A stretch of 64,000 nucleotides of DNA from Eledone cirrhosa (lineage: Eukaryota), in assembly GCA_964016885.1 (NCBI GenBank), contig OZ024744.1, positions 67,208,001-67,272,000 of the forward strand. Direction: 5' to 3'. Below the pieces are notes generated by a model. It ran no database searches, had not been told where the DNA came from, and saw only the letters and a program-made list of their open reading frames with translations. Below are positions 12,101 through 27,100 of this stretch, piece after piece; within the stretch, counting starts at the first letter, position 1, and each line of letters begins with the position of its first letter. The translations under genes and the position numbers were made by a program.

Positions 12101-15100
12101 TTATTTTCAAACAGAATTCCCTGTTGACCTTCATGTTTGGCTAATATTTTAATATTCTTTGTGGCTTTAATTGCAGAATCTCCATTATTTTCAAACAGTA
12201 TTCCCTGTTGACCTTCATGTTTTGATAACATTATAATATTCTTTGTGTCCTTAATTGCAGAATCAGCGTTATTTTCAAACAGTATTCCCTGTTGACCTTC
12301 ATGTTTGGCTACTATTTTACTATTCTTTGTGGCTTTAATTGCAGAATCACCATTATTTTCAAACAGTATTCCCTGTTGACCTTCATCTTTTCCTCACATT
12401 TTAATATTTTTTGTGGCTTTAATTGCAGAAATCATTATATTCAAACAGTATTCCCTGTAGACCTTCATATTTTGCTAACATTAAAATATTGTTTGCAGCT
12501 TTAATTGCAGAATCAGCATTATTTTCAAACATTATTCCCCGTTGACCTTCATGTATTGCTCATATTTTAATATTATCTGTGGCTTTAATTGCAGAAGCAC
12601 CATTATTTCCAAACAGTATTCCCTGTTGACCTTCATGTTTTGATAACATTTTAATATTCTTTGTGTCTTTAATTGCAGAATCAGCATCATTTTCAAACAG
12701 TATTCCCTGTTGACCTTCATTGTTTTCATAACATTTTAATAATATTTGTGGCTTTAATTGCAGAATCACCATTATTTTCAAATACTATTCCCTGTTGACC
12801 TTCATGCTTTGCTAATAGTTTAATACTCTTTGTGCTTTAAATTGCAGAATCACCATTATTTTCAAAAAGTATTCCCTCTTGACCTTCATGTTTTGCTAAT
12901 ATTTTAATACTCTTTGTGGCTTAAATTGCAGAAGCACCATTATTTTAGAACAGTATTCCCTGATGAGCTTCATGTTTCCCTAACATATTAATATTCTTTG
13001 TGGCTTTAATTGCAGAATCACCATTATTTTCAAACAGAATTCCCTGTTGACCTTCATGTTTGGCTAATATTTTAATATTCTTTGTGGCTTTAATTGCAGA
13101 ATCTCCATTATTTTCAAACAGTATTCCCTGTTGACCTTCATGTTTTGATAACATTATAATATTCTTTGTGTCCTTAATTGCAGAATCAGCGTTATTTTCA
13201 AACAGTATTCCCTGTTGACCTTCATGTTTGGCTACTATTTTACTATTCTTTGTGGCTTTAATTGCAGAATCACCATTATTTTCAAACAGTATTCTCTGTT
13301 GACCTTCATGTTTTGATAACATTTTAATATTCTTTGTGGCTTTAATTGCAGATTCACCATTATTTTCAAACACTATTCCCTGTTAACCTTCATACTTTGC
13401 TAAATATTTTAATACTATTTGTGGCTTTAAATTGCAGAATCACCATTATTTTCAAACAGTATTCCCTCTTGACCTTCATGTTTTGCTAATATTTTAATAC
13501 TATTTGTGGCTTTAATTGCAGAATCACCATTACTTTCAAACAGTATTCCCTGTGGACCTTCAACTTTTCCTCACATTTTAATATTTTTTGTGGCTTTAAT
13601 TGCAGAAATCATTATATTCAAACAGTATTCCCTGTAGACCTTCATATTTTGCTAACATTAAAATATTGTTTGCAGCTTTAATTGCAGAATCAGCATTATT
13701 TTCAAACATTATTCCCTGTTGACCTTCATGTATTGCTCATATTTTAATATTATCTGTGGCTTTAATTGCAGAAGCACCATTATTTCCAAACAGTATTCCC
13801 TGTTGACCTTCATGTTTTGATAACATTTTAATATTCTTTGTGTCTTTAATTGCAGAATCAGCATCATTTTCAAACAGTATTCCCTGTTGACCTTCATTGT
13901 TTTCATAACATTTTAATAATATTTGTGGCTTTAATTGCAGAATCACCATTATTTTCAAATACTATTCCCTGTTGACCTTCATGCTTTGCTAATAGTTTAA
14001 TACTCTTTGTGCTTTAAATTGCAGAATCACCATTATTTTCAAAAAGTATTCCCTCTTGACCTTCATGTTTTGCTAATATTTTAATACTCTTTGTGGCTTA
14101 AATTGCAGAAGCACCATTATTTTAGAACAGTATTCCCTGATGAGCTTCATGTTTCCCTAACATATTAATATTCTTTGTGGCTTTAATTGCAGAATCACCA
14201 TTATTTTCAAACAGAATTCCCTGTTGACCTTCATGTTTGGCTAATATTTTAATATTCTTTGTGGCTTTAATTGCAGAATCTCCATTATTTTCAAACAGTA
14301 TTCCCTGTTGACCTTCATGTTTTGATAACATTATAATATTCTTTGTGTCCTTAATTGCAGAATCAGCGTTATTTTCAAACAGTATTCCCTGTTGACCTTC
14401 ATGTTTGGCTACTATTTTACTATTCTTTGTGGCTTTAATTGCAGAATCACCATTATTTTCAAACAGTATTCCCTGTTGACCTTCATCTTTTCCTCACATT
14501 TTAATATTTTTTGTGGCTTTAATTGCAGAAATCATTATATTCAAACAGTATTCCCTGTAGACCTTCATATTTTGCTAACATTAAAATATTGTTTGCAGCT
14601 TTAATTGCAGAATCAGCATTATTTTCAAACATTATTCCCCGTTGACCTTCATGTATTGCTCATATTTTAATATTATCTGTGGCTTTAATTGCAGAAGCAC
14701 CATTATTTCCAAACAGTATTCCCTGTTGACCTTCATGTTTTGATAACATTTTAATATTCTTTGTGTCTTTAATTGCAGAATCAGCATCATTTTCAAACAG
14801 TATTCCCTGTTGACCTTCATTGTTTTCATAACATTTTAATAATATTTGTGGCTTTAATTGCAGAATCACCATTATTTTCAAATACTATTCCCTGTTGACC
14901 TTCATGCTTTGCTAATAGTTTAATACTCTTTGTGCTTTAAATTGCAGAATCACCATTATTTTCAAAAAGTATTCCCTCTTGACCTTCATGTTTTGCTAAT
15001 ATTTTAATACTCTTTGTGGCTTAAATTGCAGAAGCACCATTATTTTAGAACAGTATTCCCTGATGAGCTTCATGTTTCCCTAACATATTAATATTCTTTG

Positions 15101-18100
15101 TGGCTTTAATTGCAGAATCACCATTATTTTCAAACAGAATTCCCTGTTGACCTTCATGTTTGGCTAATATTTTAATATTCTTTGTGGCTTTAATTGCAGA
15201 ATCTCCATTATTTTCAAACAGTATTCCCTGTTGACCTTCATGTTTTGATAACATTATAATATTCTTTGTGTCCTTAATTGCAGAATCAGCGTTATTTTCA
15301 AACAGTATTCCCTGTTGACCTTCATGTTTGGCTACTATTTTACTATTCTTTGTGGCTTTAATTGCAGAATCACCATTATTTTCAAACAGTATTCTCTGTT
15401 GACCTTCATGTTTTGATAACATTTTAATATTCTTTGTGGCTTTAATTGCAGATTCACCATTATTTTCAAACACTATTCCCTGTTAACCTTCATACTTTGC
15501 TAAATATTTTAATACTATTTGTGGCTTTAAATTGCAGAATCACCATTATTTTCAAACAGTATTCCCTCTTGACCTTCATGTTTTGCTAATATTTTAATAC
15601 TATTTGTGGCTTTAATTGCAGAATCACCATTACTTTCAAACAGTATTCCCTGTGGACCTTCAACTTTTCCTCACATTTTAATATTTTTTGTGGCTTTAAT
15701 TGCAGAATCACCATTATTTTCAAACAGTATTCCCTGTTGACCTTCATGTTTTGCTAAAATTTTAATATACTTTGCAGCTGCAATTGCAGTATCACCATTA
15801 TTTTCAAACAGTATTCCCTGTTGACCTTCATGCTTTCATAACATTTTAATATTTTTTGTGGCTTTAATTGCAGAATCACCATTATTTTCAAACACTATTC
15901 CCTGTTTACCTTCATGTTTTGCTAATATTTTAATATTCTTTGTGACTATAATTGCAGAAACACCATTATTTTCAAACAGTATTCCTTTTGACCTTCATGT
16001 TTTGCTAAATTTTAATATTGTTTGTCAATTTAATTGCAGAATCATCATTATTATCAATCAGTATTCCCTTTGACCTTCATGTTTTGCTAACATTTTAATA
16101 TTCTTTGTCAATTTAATTGCTGAATCACCATTATTTTCAAACAGTATTCCCTGTTGACCTTCATGGTTTGTTAACATTTTAATATACTTTGCGGCTTTAA
16201 TTGCAGAATCACCATTATTTTTAAACAGTATTCCCTGGTGACCTTCATGTTTTGATAACATTTTAATATTCTTTGTGACTATAATTGCAGAAACACCATT
16301 ATTTTCAAACAGTATTCCCTGTTGACCTTCATGTTTTGCTAATAATTTAATATTCTTTGTGGCTTTAATTGCAGAATCACCATTATTTTCAAACCGTATT
16401 CCCTTTTGACCTTCATGTTTTCGTAACGTTTTAATATTCTTTGTGGCTTTAATTGCAGAATCACCATTATTTTCAAACAGTATTCCTTGTTGACCTTCAT
16501 GTTTTGTTAACATTTTAATATTCTTTGTGGCTTTAATTGCAGAATAACCATTATTTTCAAACACTATAGCCTGTTGACCTTCATGTTTTGCTAACATTCT
16601 AATAGTCTTTGTGGCTTTAATTGCAGAATCACCATTATTTTCAAACGGTATTCCCTGTTGACCTTCATATTTTGCTAACATTCTAATATTCTTTGTGGCT
16701 TTAATTGCAGAATCACCATTATTTTCAAACAGTATTCCCTGTTCACCTTTATGTGTTCATAACATTTTTATATTCTTTGTGGCTTTAATTGCAGAATCAC
16801 CATTATTTTCAAACAGTATTCCCTCTTGAGCTTCATGTTTTCCTCACATTTTAATATTCTTTGTGGCTTTAATTGCAGAATCACCATCATTTTCAAACAA
16901 TATACCCTGTTGACCTTCATATTTTGCTAACATTCTAATATTCTTTGTGGCTTTAATTGCAGAATCACCATTATTTTCAAACAGTATTCCCTGTTTACCT
17001 TTATGTGTTCATAACATTTTTATATTCTTTGTGGCTTTAATTGCAGAATCACCATTATTTTCAAACAGTATTCCCTCTTGAGCTTCATGTTTTCCTCACA
17101 TTTTAATATTCTTTGTGGCTTTAATTGCAGAATCACCATCATTTTCAAACAATATACCCTGTTGACCTTCATGTTTTGGTAACATTTTAATATTCTTTGT
17201 GGCTTTAATTGCAGAATCCCCATTATTTCCAAACAGTATTCCCTCTTGACCTTCATGTTTTGCTACATTTTAATATTCTTTGTGACTTAAATTGGAGAAT
17301 CACCATTATTTTCAAACAGTATTGACTGTTGACCTTCCTGTTTTCCTCACATTTTAATATTGTTGTGACTTTAATTGCAGAATCACCAATATTTCCAAAC
17401 ACTATTCCCTGTTGACCTTCATATTTTGCTAACATTTTAATATGGTTTGTGGCTTTAATTCCAGAATCACCATTATTTTCAAACAGTATTCCCTGTTGAC
17501 CTTCATGTTTTGATAACATTTTAATATTCTTTGTGACTTTAATTGCAGAATCACCATTATTTTCAAACTATATACCCTGTTGACCTTCATGTTTTGCTAA
17601 CATTTTAATATTCTTTGTGGCTTTAAATGCAGAATCACCATTATCTTCAAACAGGATTCCCTGTTGATCTTCATGTTTTCCTCACAATTTAATATTCTTT
17701 GTGGCTTTAATTGCAGAATCACCATTATTTTCAAACAGTATTCCCTGTTGACCTTCATATTTTGCTAACATTCTAATAATTTTTGTGGCTTTAATTGCAG
17801 AATCATCATTATTTTCAAAAAATATTCCCTGTTGACCTTTATGCTTTGCAAATATTTTAATACTCTTTGTGGCTTTAATTGCAGAATCACCATTATTTCC
17901 AAACAGTATTCCCTCTCGAGCTTCATGTTTTCCTCACATTTTAATATTCTTGTGGCTTTAATTGCAGAATCACCCTTATTTTCAAACAGTAATCCTTGTT
18001 AACCTGTCATGTTTTGATAACATTTTAATATTCTTTGTGGCTTCAATTGCAGAAGCACCATTATTTTCAAACAGTATTCCCTGTTGACCTTCATGTTTTG

Positions 18101-21100
18101 CTAATATTTTAATATTCTTTGTGACTTTAATTGCAGAATCACAATTATTTTCAAACAGTATTCCCTGTTGACCTTCATGTTTTGCTAATATTTTAATATT
18201 CTTTGTGACTATAATTGCAGAAACACCATTATTTTCAAACAGTATTCCTTTTGACCTTCATGTTTTGCTAAATTTTAATATTGTTTGTCAATTTAATTGC
18301 AGAATCATCATTATTATCAATCAGTATTCCCTTTGACCTTCATGTTTTGCTAACATTTTAATATTCTTTGTCAATTTAATTGCTGAATCACCATTATTTT
18401 CAAACAGTATTCCCTGTTGACCTTCATGGTTTGTTAACATTTTAATATACTTTGCGGCTTTAATTGCAGAATCACCATTATTTTTAAACAGTATTCCCTG
18501 GTGACCTTCATGTTTTGATAACAATTTAATATTCTTTGTGACTATAATTGCAGAAACACCATTATTTTCAAACAGTATTCCCTGTTGACCTTCATGTTTT
18601 GCTAATAATTTAATATTCTTTGTGGCTTTAATTGCAGAATCACCATTATTTTCAAACCGTATTCCCTTTTGACCTTCATGTTTTCGTAACGTTTTAATAT
18701 TCTTTGTGGCTTTAATTGCAGAATCACCATTATTTTCAAACAGTATTCCTTGTTGACCTTCATGTTTTGTTAACATTTTAATATTCTTTGTGGCTTTAAT
18801 TGCAGAATAACCATTATTTTCAAACACTATAGCCTGTTGACCTTCATGTTTTGCTAACATTCTAATAGTCTTTGTGGCTTTAATTGCAGAATCACCATTA
18901 TTTTCAAACGGTATTCCCTGTTGACCTTCATATTTTGCTAACATTCTAATATTCTTTGTGGCTTTAATTGCAGAATCACCATTATTTTCAAACAGTATTC
19001 CCTGTTCACCTTTATGTGTTCATAACATTTTTATATTCTTTGTGGCTTTAATTGCAGAATCACCATTATTTTCAAACAGTATTCCCTCTTGAGCTTCATG
19101 TTTTCCTCACATTTTAATATTCTTTGTGGCTTTAATTGCAGAATCACCATCATTTTCAAACAATATACCCTGTTGACCTTCATATTTTGCTAACATTCTA
19201 ATATTCTTTGTGGCTTTAATTGCAGAATCACCATTATTTTCAAACAGTATTCCCTGTTTACCTTTATGTGTTCATAACATTTTTATATTCTTTGTGGCTT
19301 TAATTGCAGAATCACCATTATTTTCAAACAGTATTCCCTCTTGAGCTTCATGTTTTCCTCACATTTTAATATTCTTTGTGGCTTTAATTGCAGAATCACC
19401 ATCATTTTCAAACAATATACCCTGTTGACCTTCATGTTTTGGTAACATTTTAATATTCTTTGTGGCTTTAATTGCAGAATCCCCATTATTTCCAAACAGT
19501 ATTCCCTCTTGACCTTCATGTTTTGCTACATTTTAATATTCTTTGTGACTTAAATTGGAGAATCACCATTATTTTCAAACAGTATTGACTGTTGACCTTC
19601 CTGTTTTCCTCACATTTTAATATTGTTGTGACTTTAATTGCAGAATCACCAATATTTCCAAACACTATTCCCTGTTGACCTTCATATTTTGCTAACATTT
19701 TAATATGGTTTGTGGCTTTAATTCCAGAATCACCATTATTTTCAAACAGTATTCCCTGTTGACCTTCATGTTTTGATAACATTTTAATATTCTTTGTGAC
19801 TTTAATTGCAGAATCACCATTATTTTCAAACTATATACCCTGTTGACCTTCATGTTTTGCTAACATTTTAATATTCTTTGTGGCTTTAAATGCAGAATCA
19901 CCATTATCTTCAAACAGGATTCCCTGTTGATCTTCATGTTTTCCTCACAATTTAATATTCTTTGTGGCTTTAATTGCAGAATCACCATTATTTTCAAACA
20001 GTATTCCCTGTTGACCTTCATATTTTGCTAACATTCTAATAATTTTTGTGGCTTTAATTGCAGAATCATCATTATTTTCAAAAAATATTCCCTGTTGACC
20101 TTTATGCTTTGCAAATATTTTAATACTCTTTGTGGCTTTAATTGCAGAATCACCATTATTTCCAAACAGTATTCCCTCTCGAGCTTCATGTTTTCCTCAC
20201 ATTTTAATATTCTTGTGGCTTTAATTGCAGAATCACCCTTATTTTCAAACAGTAATCCTTGTTAACCTGTCATGTTTTGATAACATTTTAATATTCTTTG
20301 TGGCTTCAATTGCAGAAGCACCATTATTTTCAAACAGTATTCCCTGTTGACCTTCATGTTTTGCTAATATTTTAATATTCTTTGTGACTTTAATTGCAGA
20401 ATCACAATTATTTTCAAACAGTATTCCCTGTTGACCTTCATGTTTTGCTAACATTTTAATATTCTTTGTGAGTTTAATTGCAGAATCACCATTATTTTTA
20501 AACAGTATTCCCTGTTGACCTTCATGTTTTCCTCACATTTTAATATTCTTTGTGGCTTTAATTGCAGAATCACCATTATTTTCAAACAGTATTCCCTGTT
20601 GACCTTACATGTTTTCCTCACATTCTAATAGTTTTTATGGCTTTAATTGCAGAATCACCATTATTTTCAAACAGTATTCCCTTTGACCTTCATGTTTTGC
20701 TAACATTTTAATATTGTTTGTCAATTTAATTGCAGAATCAGCATTATTTTCAAACAGTATTCCCCTTGACCTTCATGTTTTGCTAACATTTTAATATTCT
20801 TTGTCAATTTAATTGAAGAATCACCGTTATTTTCAAACAGCATTCACTGTTGACCTTCATGTTTTGTACCATTTTCATATTCTTTGTGGCTTTAATTGCA
20901 GAATCACCATTACTTTCAAACAGTATTCCCTGTTGACCTTCCTGTTTTGCTAACGTTTTAATATTGTTTGTCAATTTAATTGCAGAATCACCCTTATTTT
21001 CAAAGAGTATTCCCTGTTAACCTTCATGTTTTGATAGCATTTTAATATACTTTGCGGCTTTAATTGCAGAATCACCATTATTTTCAAACAGTAGTCCCTG

Positions 21101-24100
21101 TTGACCTTCATGTTTTGCTAATATTTTAATATTCTTTGTGATTTTAATTGCAGAATCACCATTATTTTCAAACAATATTCCCTTTGACCTTCATGTTTTG
21201 TAACATTTTAATATTCTTTGTGGCTTCAATTGCAGAATCACCATTATTTTCAAACAGTATTCCCTGTTGACCTTTATTATTTGCTAACATTTTAGTATTC
21301 TTTGTGGCTTTTATTGCAGAATCACCCTTATTTTCAAACAGTATTCCCTGTTGAGCTTCATGTTTTCCTCACATTTTAATATTCTTTGTGGCTTTAATTG
21401 CAGAATCACCATTATTTTCAAACAGTATTCCCTGTTGACCGTCATGTTTTTCTCACATTTTAATAGTCTTTGTGGCATTAATTGCAGAATCACCATTATT
21501 TTCAAACAGTATTCCCTTTTTACCTTCATGTTTTGCTAACATTTTAATATTCTTTGTGGCTTTAATTACAGAATCACCATTATTTTCAAACAGTATTCCC
21601 TGTTGACCTTCATGTTTTCCTAACATGTTAATATTATTTGGGGCTTTAATTGCAGAATCACCATTATTTTCAAACAGTATTCCCTGTTGAGCTTCGTGTT
21701 TTCCTCACATTTTAATATTCTTTGTGGCTTTAATTGCAGAATCACCATTGTTTTCAAACAGTATTCCCTGTTGATCTTCATGTTTTGCTAATATTTTAAT
21801 ATTCTTTGTGGCTTTATTTGCAGAATCACCATTATTTTCAAACCATATTCCCTTTTGACCTTCATGCTTTGCTAATATTTTAATACTCTTTGTCGCTTTA
21901 ATTGCAGAATCACCATTATTGTCAAACAGTATTCCGTGTTGACCTTCATGTTTTGATAACATTTTAATTTTCTTTGTGGCTTTAATTGCAGACTCACCAT
22001 TATTTTCTAACAGTATTCCGTGTTGACCTTCATGTTTTGATAACATTTTAGTATTCCTTGTGGCTTTAATTGCAGACTCACCATTATTTTCTAACAGTAT
22101 TCCGTGTTGACCTTCATGTTTTCCTCACATTTTAATAGTCTTTGTCGCTTTAATTGCAGAATCAACATTATTTTCAAACAGTATTCACTGTTGACCTACA
22201 TGTTTTCCTCAGATTTTAATAATCTTTGTGGCCTTAATTGCAGAATCACCATTATTTTCAAACAGTATTCCCTGTAGACCTTCATGTTTTGCTAAAATTG
22301 TAATATTCTTTGCTGCTTTGATTGTACAATCACCATTATTTTCAAACAATATTGCTTGTTGCCCTTCAGGTTTTGCTAACATTTTAACATTCTTTGTGGC
22401 TTTAATTGCAGAATCACCATTATTTTCAAACCATATTCCCTGTTGACCTTCATCTTTTGCTAACATTTTAACAGTCTTTGTGGCTTTAATTGCAGAATCA
22501 CCATTATTTTCAAACATTATTCCCTGTTAACCTTCATGTTTTGCTAACATATTAATATTCTTTGTGGCTTTAATTGCAGAATCACCATGATTTTCAAACA
22601 CTATTCCCTGTTGACCTTCAGGTTTTTCTAACATTTTAATATTCTTTGTGGCTATAATCGCAGAATCACCATTATTTTCTAACACTATTCCCTGTTGACC
22701 TTCATGTTTTGATAACATTTTAATATTCTTTGTGGCTTTAATTGCAGAATACCATTATTTTCAAACAGTATTCCCTGTTGACCTTCATGTTTTACTCACA
22801 TTTTAATAGTCTTTGTGGCATTAATTGCAGAATCACCATTATTTTCAAACACTATTCCGTGTTGACTTTCATGTTTTGATAACATTTTATTATTCCTTGT
22901 GGCTTTAATTGCAGAATCACCATTATTTTCAAACAGTATTCCCTGTTGACCTTCATGTTTTGCTAACATTTTAATATTCCTTGTGGCTTTAATTGCAGAA
23001 TCACCATTATTTTCAAACATTATTCCCTGTTAACCTTCATGTTTTGCTAACATCTTAATATTCTTTGTGTCTTTAATTGCAGAATCACCATTATTTTCAA
23101 ACACTATTTCCTGTTGACCTTCATGTTTTCCTAACATTTTAATATTCATTGTGGCTTTAATTACAGCATCACCATTATTTTAAAATAGTATTCCCTATTG
23201 ATCTTCATGTTTTACTAACATTTTAATATTCTTTGCTGCTTTAATTGCAGAATCACCATTATTTTCAAAAAGTATTCCCTGTTGACCTTCAGGTTTTGCT
23301 AACATTTTAATATTCTTTGAAGTTTTAATTACAGAATCACCAATATTTTCAGACAGTATTTCCTGTTGACCTTCATATTTTGCAAACATTTAAATATTTT
23401 TTTGTGGCTTTAATTGCAGAATCACCATTATTTTCAAACAGTGTTCCCTCTTGACCTCCATGTTTTGGTAATATTTTAATATTCTTTGTGGCTTTAATTG
23501 CAGAATCACCATTATTTTCACACAGTATTCCCTGTTGACCTTCATCTTTTCCTCACATTTTAATATTTTTTGTGGCTTTAATTGCAGAATCACAATTATT
23601 TTCAAAGAGTATTCCCTGTTGACCTTCAAGTTTTGATAACATTTTAATATTCTTTGTCAATTTAATTGCAGAATCACCATTATTTTCAAACAGTATTCCC
23701 TGTTGACCTTCATGTTTTGCAAATATGTTAACATTCTTTGTGGTTTTAATTGCAAAATCACCATTATTTTCGAACTGTATACCCTGTTGACCTACATGTT
23801 TTCCTCACATTTTAATATTCTTTGACTTTAATTGCAGAATCACCATTATTTTCAAACAGTATTCCCTGTTGACCTTCATGTTTTGCTAACATTTCAATAT
23901 ACTTTGCAGCTTTAATTGCAGAATCAGCATCATTTTCAAACAGTATTCCCTGTTGACCTTCATGCTTTCAGAACATTTTAATATATTTTTATGGCTTTAA
24001 TTGCAGAATCACCATTATTTTCAAACAGTATTCTCTGTTGACCTTCATGTTTTGCTAACATTTTAATATTCTTTGAAGTTTTAATTACAGAATCACCACT

Positions 24101-27100
24101 ATTTTCAGACAGTATTCCCTGTTGACCTTCATATTTTGCTAACATTTTAATATTCTTTGTGGCTTTAATTGCAAAATCACCATTATTTTCAAACAGTATT
24201 CCCTGTTGACCTTCATATTTTCCTCACATTTAAATATACTTTGCGGCTTTAATTGCAGAATCATCATTATTTTCAAACACTATTCCCTGTTGACCTTCAT
24301 GCTTTCATAACATTTTAATATTTTTTGTGGCTTTAGTTGCAGAATCACCATTATTTTCAAACACTATTCCCTGTTGACATTCATGCTTTGCTAATATTTT
24401 AATACTGTTTGTTGTTTAAATTGCAGAATCACCATTATTTTCAAACAGTATTCCCTGTTGACCTTCATGTTTTGCTAACATTTTAATATTCTTTGCGGTT
24501 TTTATAACAGAAACACCATTATTTTCAAACAGTATTCCCTGTTGACCTTCATGTTTTGCAAACATTTTAATATTCTTTGTGGCTTTAATTGCAGAATTAC
24601 CATTATTTTCAAACAGTATTGCCTATTCACCTTCATCTTTTCATAACATTTTAATATTTTTTTGTGGCTTTAATTGCAGAATCACCATTATTTTCAAACA
24701 GTATTCCCTGTTGACCTTCATGATTTGATAACATTTTAATATTCTTTGTGGCTTTAATTGCAGAATCACCATTATTTCAAACAGTATTCCCTGTTGACTT
24801 TCATATTTTGCTAACATTTAAATATACTTTGCGGCTTTAATTGCAGAATCACCATAATTTTCAAACACTATTCCCTGTTGTCCTTCATATTTTGCTAACA
24901 TTTTAATATTCTTTGTGGCTTTAAATGCAGAATCACTATTATTTTCAAACACTATTCCCTGTTGATCTTCATGTTTTGCTAACATTTTAAATTCTTCGTG
25001 TCTTTACTTGCAGAATCACCATTATTTTCAAACAGTATTCACTGTAGACCTTCATGTTCTGCTAACATTTTAATATTCTTTATGGGTTTAATTGCAGCAT
25101 CACCATTATTTTCAAACAGTATTCCCTGTTGACCTTCATGTTTTGCTAACATTTTAATATTCTTTGTGGCATTAATTGCAGAATCACCATTATTTTCAAA
25201 CAGTATTCCTGTTGAGCTCCATGTTTTGCTAACATTTTAATATTCTTTGTGTCTTTAATTGCAGAATCACCATTATTTTCAAACACTATTTCCTGTTGAC
25301 CTTCATGTTTTCCTAACATTTTAATATTCTTTGTGGTTTTAATTGCAGAATCACCATTATTTTCAAACACTATTCCCTGTTGACCTTCATATTTTGCTAA
25401 TATTTTAATATTCCTTGGGACTTTAATTGCAGAATCACCATTATTTTCAAACACTATTCCCTGTTGACCTTCATGTTTTGATAACATTTTAATATTCTTT
25501 GTAGCTTTAATTGCAGAATCACCATTATTTTCAAATAGTATTCCGTGTTGACCTTCATATTTTGCTAACATTTAAATATTCTTTGCGGCTTTAATTGCAG
25601 AATCACCATAATTTTCAAACAATATTGCCTGTTGACCTTCATGTTTTGCAAACATTTTAATATTCTTTGTAGCTTTAATTGCAGATTCACCATTATTTTC
25701 AAACACTACTTCCCTGTTGACCTTCAGGTTTTTCTAACATTTTAATATTCTTTGTGGCTATAATTGCAGAATCACGATAATTATACAACACTATTCTCTG
25801 CAGACCTTCATGTTTTGCTAACATTTTAATATTCTTTGTTGTTTAATTGCAGATTCACCATTATTTTCAAACAGTATACCCTGTAGACCTTCATGTTTTG
25901 CTATCATTTTAATATTCTTTGCTGCTTTAATTGCAGAATCAACATTATTTTCAAACACTATTTACCTGTTGACCTTCAGGTATTTCTAACATTTTAATAT
26001 CCTTTGTGGCTATAATTGCAGAATCACCATTATTTTCGAACACTATTCGCTGTTGACCTTCATCTTTCGCTAACATTTTAATATTCTTTGTGGCTTTAAT
26101 TGCAGAATCACCATTATTTTCAACCAGTATTCCCTGTAGACCTTCTTGTTTTGCAAACATTTTAATATTCTTTGTGGCAATAATTGCAGAATCAACATTA
26201 CTTTCAAACAGTATTCACTGTAAACCTTCATGTTTTCTAACACTTTAATATTCTTTGTGGCTTTAATTGCAGCATCACCATTATTGTCAAACAGTATTCC
26301 TGTTGACCTTCAGGTTTTTCTAAATTTTAATATTATTTGAGGCTTTAATTGCAGAATCACCATTCATTTAAAACAGTATTCCCTGTTGACCTTCATGTTT
26401 TCCAAACATTTTAATATTCTTTGCGGCTTTAATTGCAGAATCACCATTATTTTCAAACAGTATTCCCTGTTCACCTTCAAGTTTTGCTAACATTATAATA
26501 TTCTTTGTGGCTTTAATTGCAGAATCACCATTATTTTCAAACAGTATTCCCTGTTGATCTTCATGTTTTGCAAACATTTTAATATTCTTTGTAGCTTTAA
26601 TTGCAGATTCAGCGTAATTTTCAAAGACTTTTTCCCTGTTGACCTTCATGTTTTTATAACATTTTAATATTCTTTGTGGCTATAATTGCAGAATCACCAT
26701 TATTTTCAAACAGTATTCCCTGTTCACCTTCAGGTTTTTCTAACATTTTAATATTCTTTGTGGCTATAATATCAGAATCACCAATATTTTCAAACACTAT
26801 TCCCTGTTGACCTTCAGGTTTTTCTAACATTTTAATATTCTTTGTGGCTTTAATTGCAGAATCACCATAATTATCAAACACTATTCCTTGTTACCTTCAT
26901 GTTTTGCTAACATTTTAATATTCTTTGTGGCTTTAATTGCAGAATCACTATTATTTTCAAACACTATTCGCTGTTGACCTTCACGTTTTGCTAACATTTT
27001 AATATTCTTTGTGGCTTTAATTGCAGAATCACCATTATTTTCAAACAGTATTCCCTGTTGACCTTCAGGTTTTCCAAACATTTTAATATTCTTTGTAGCT

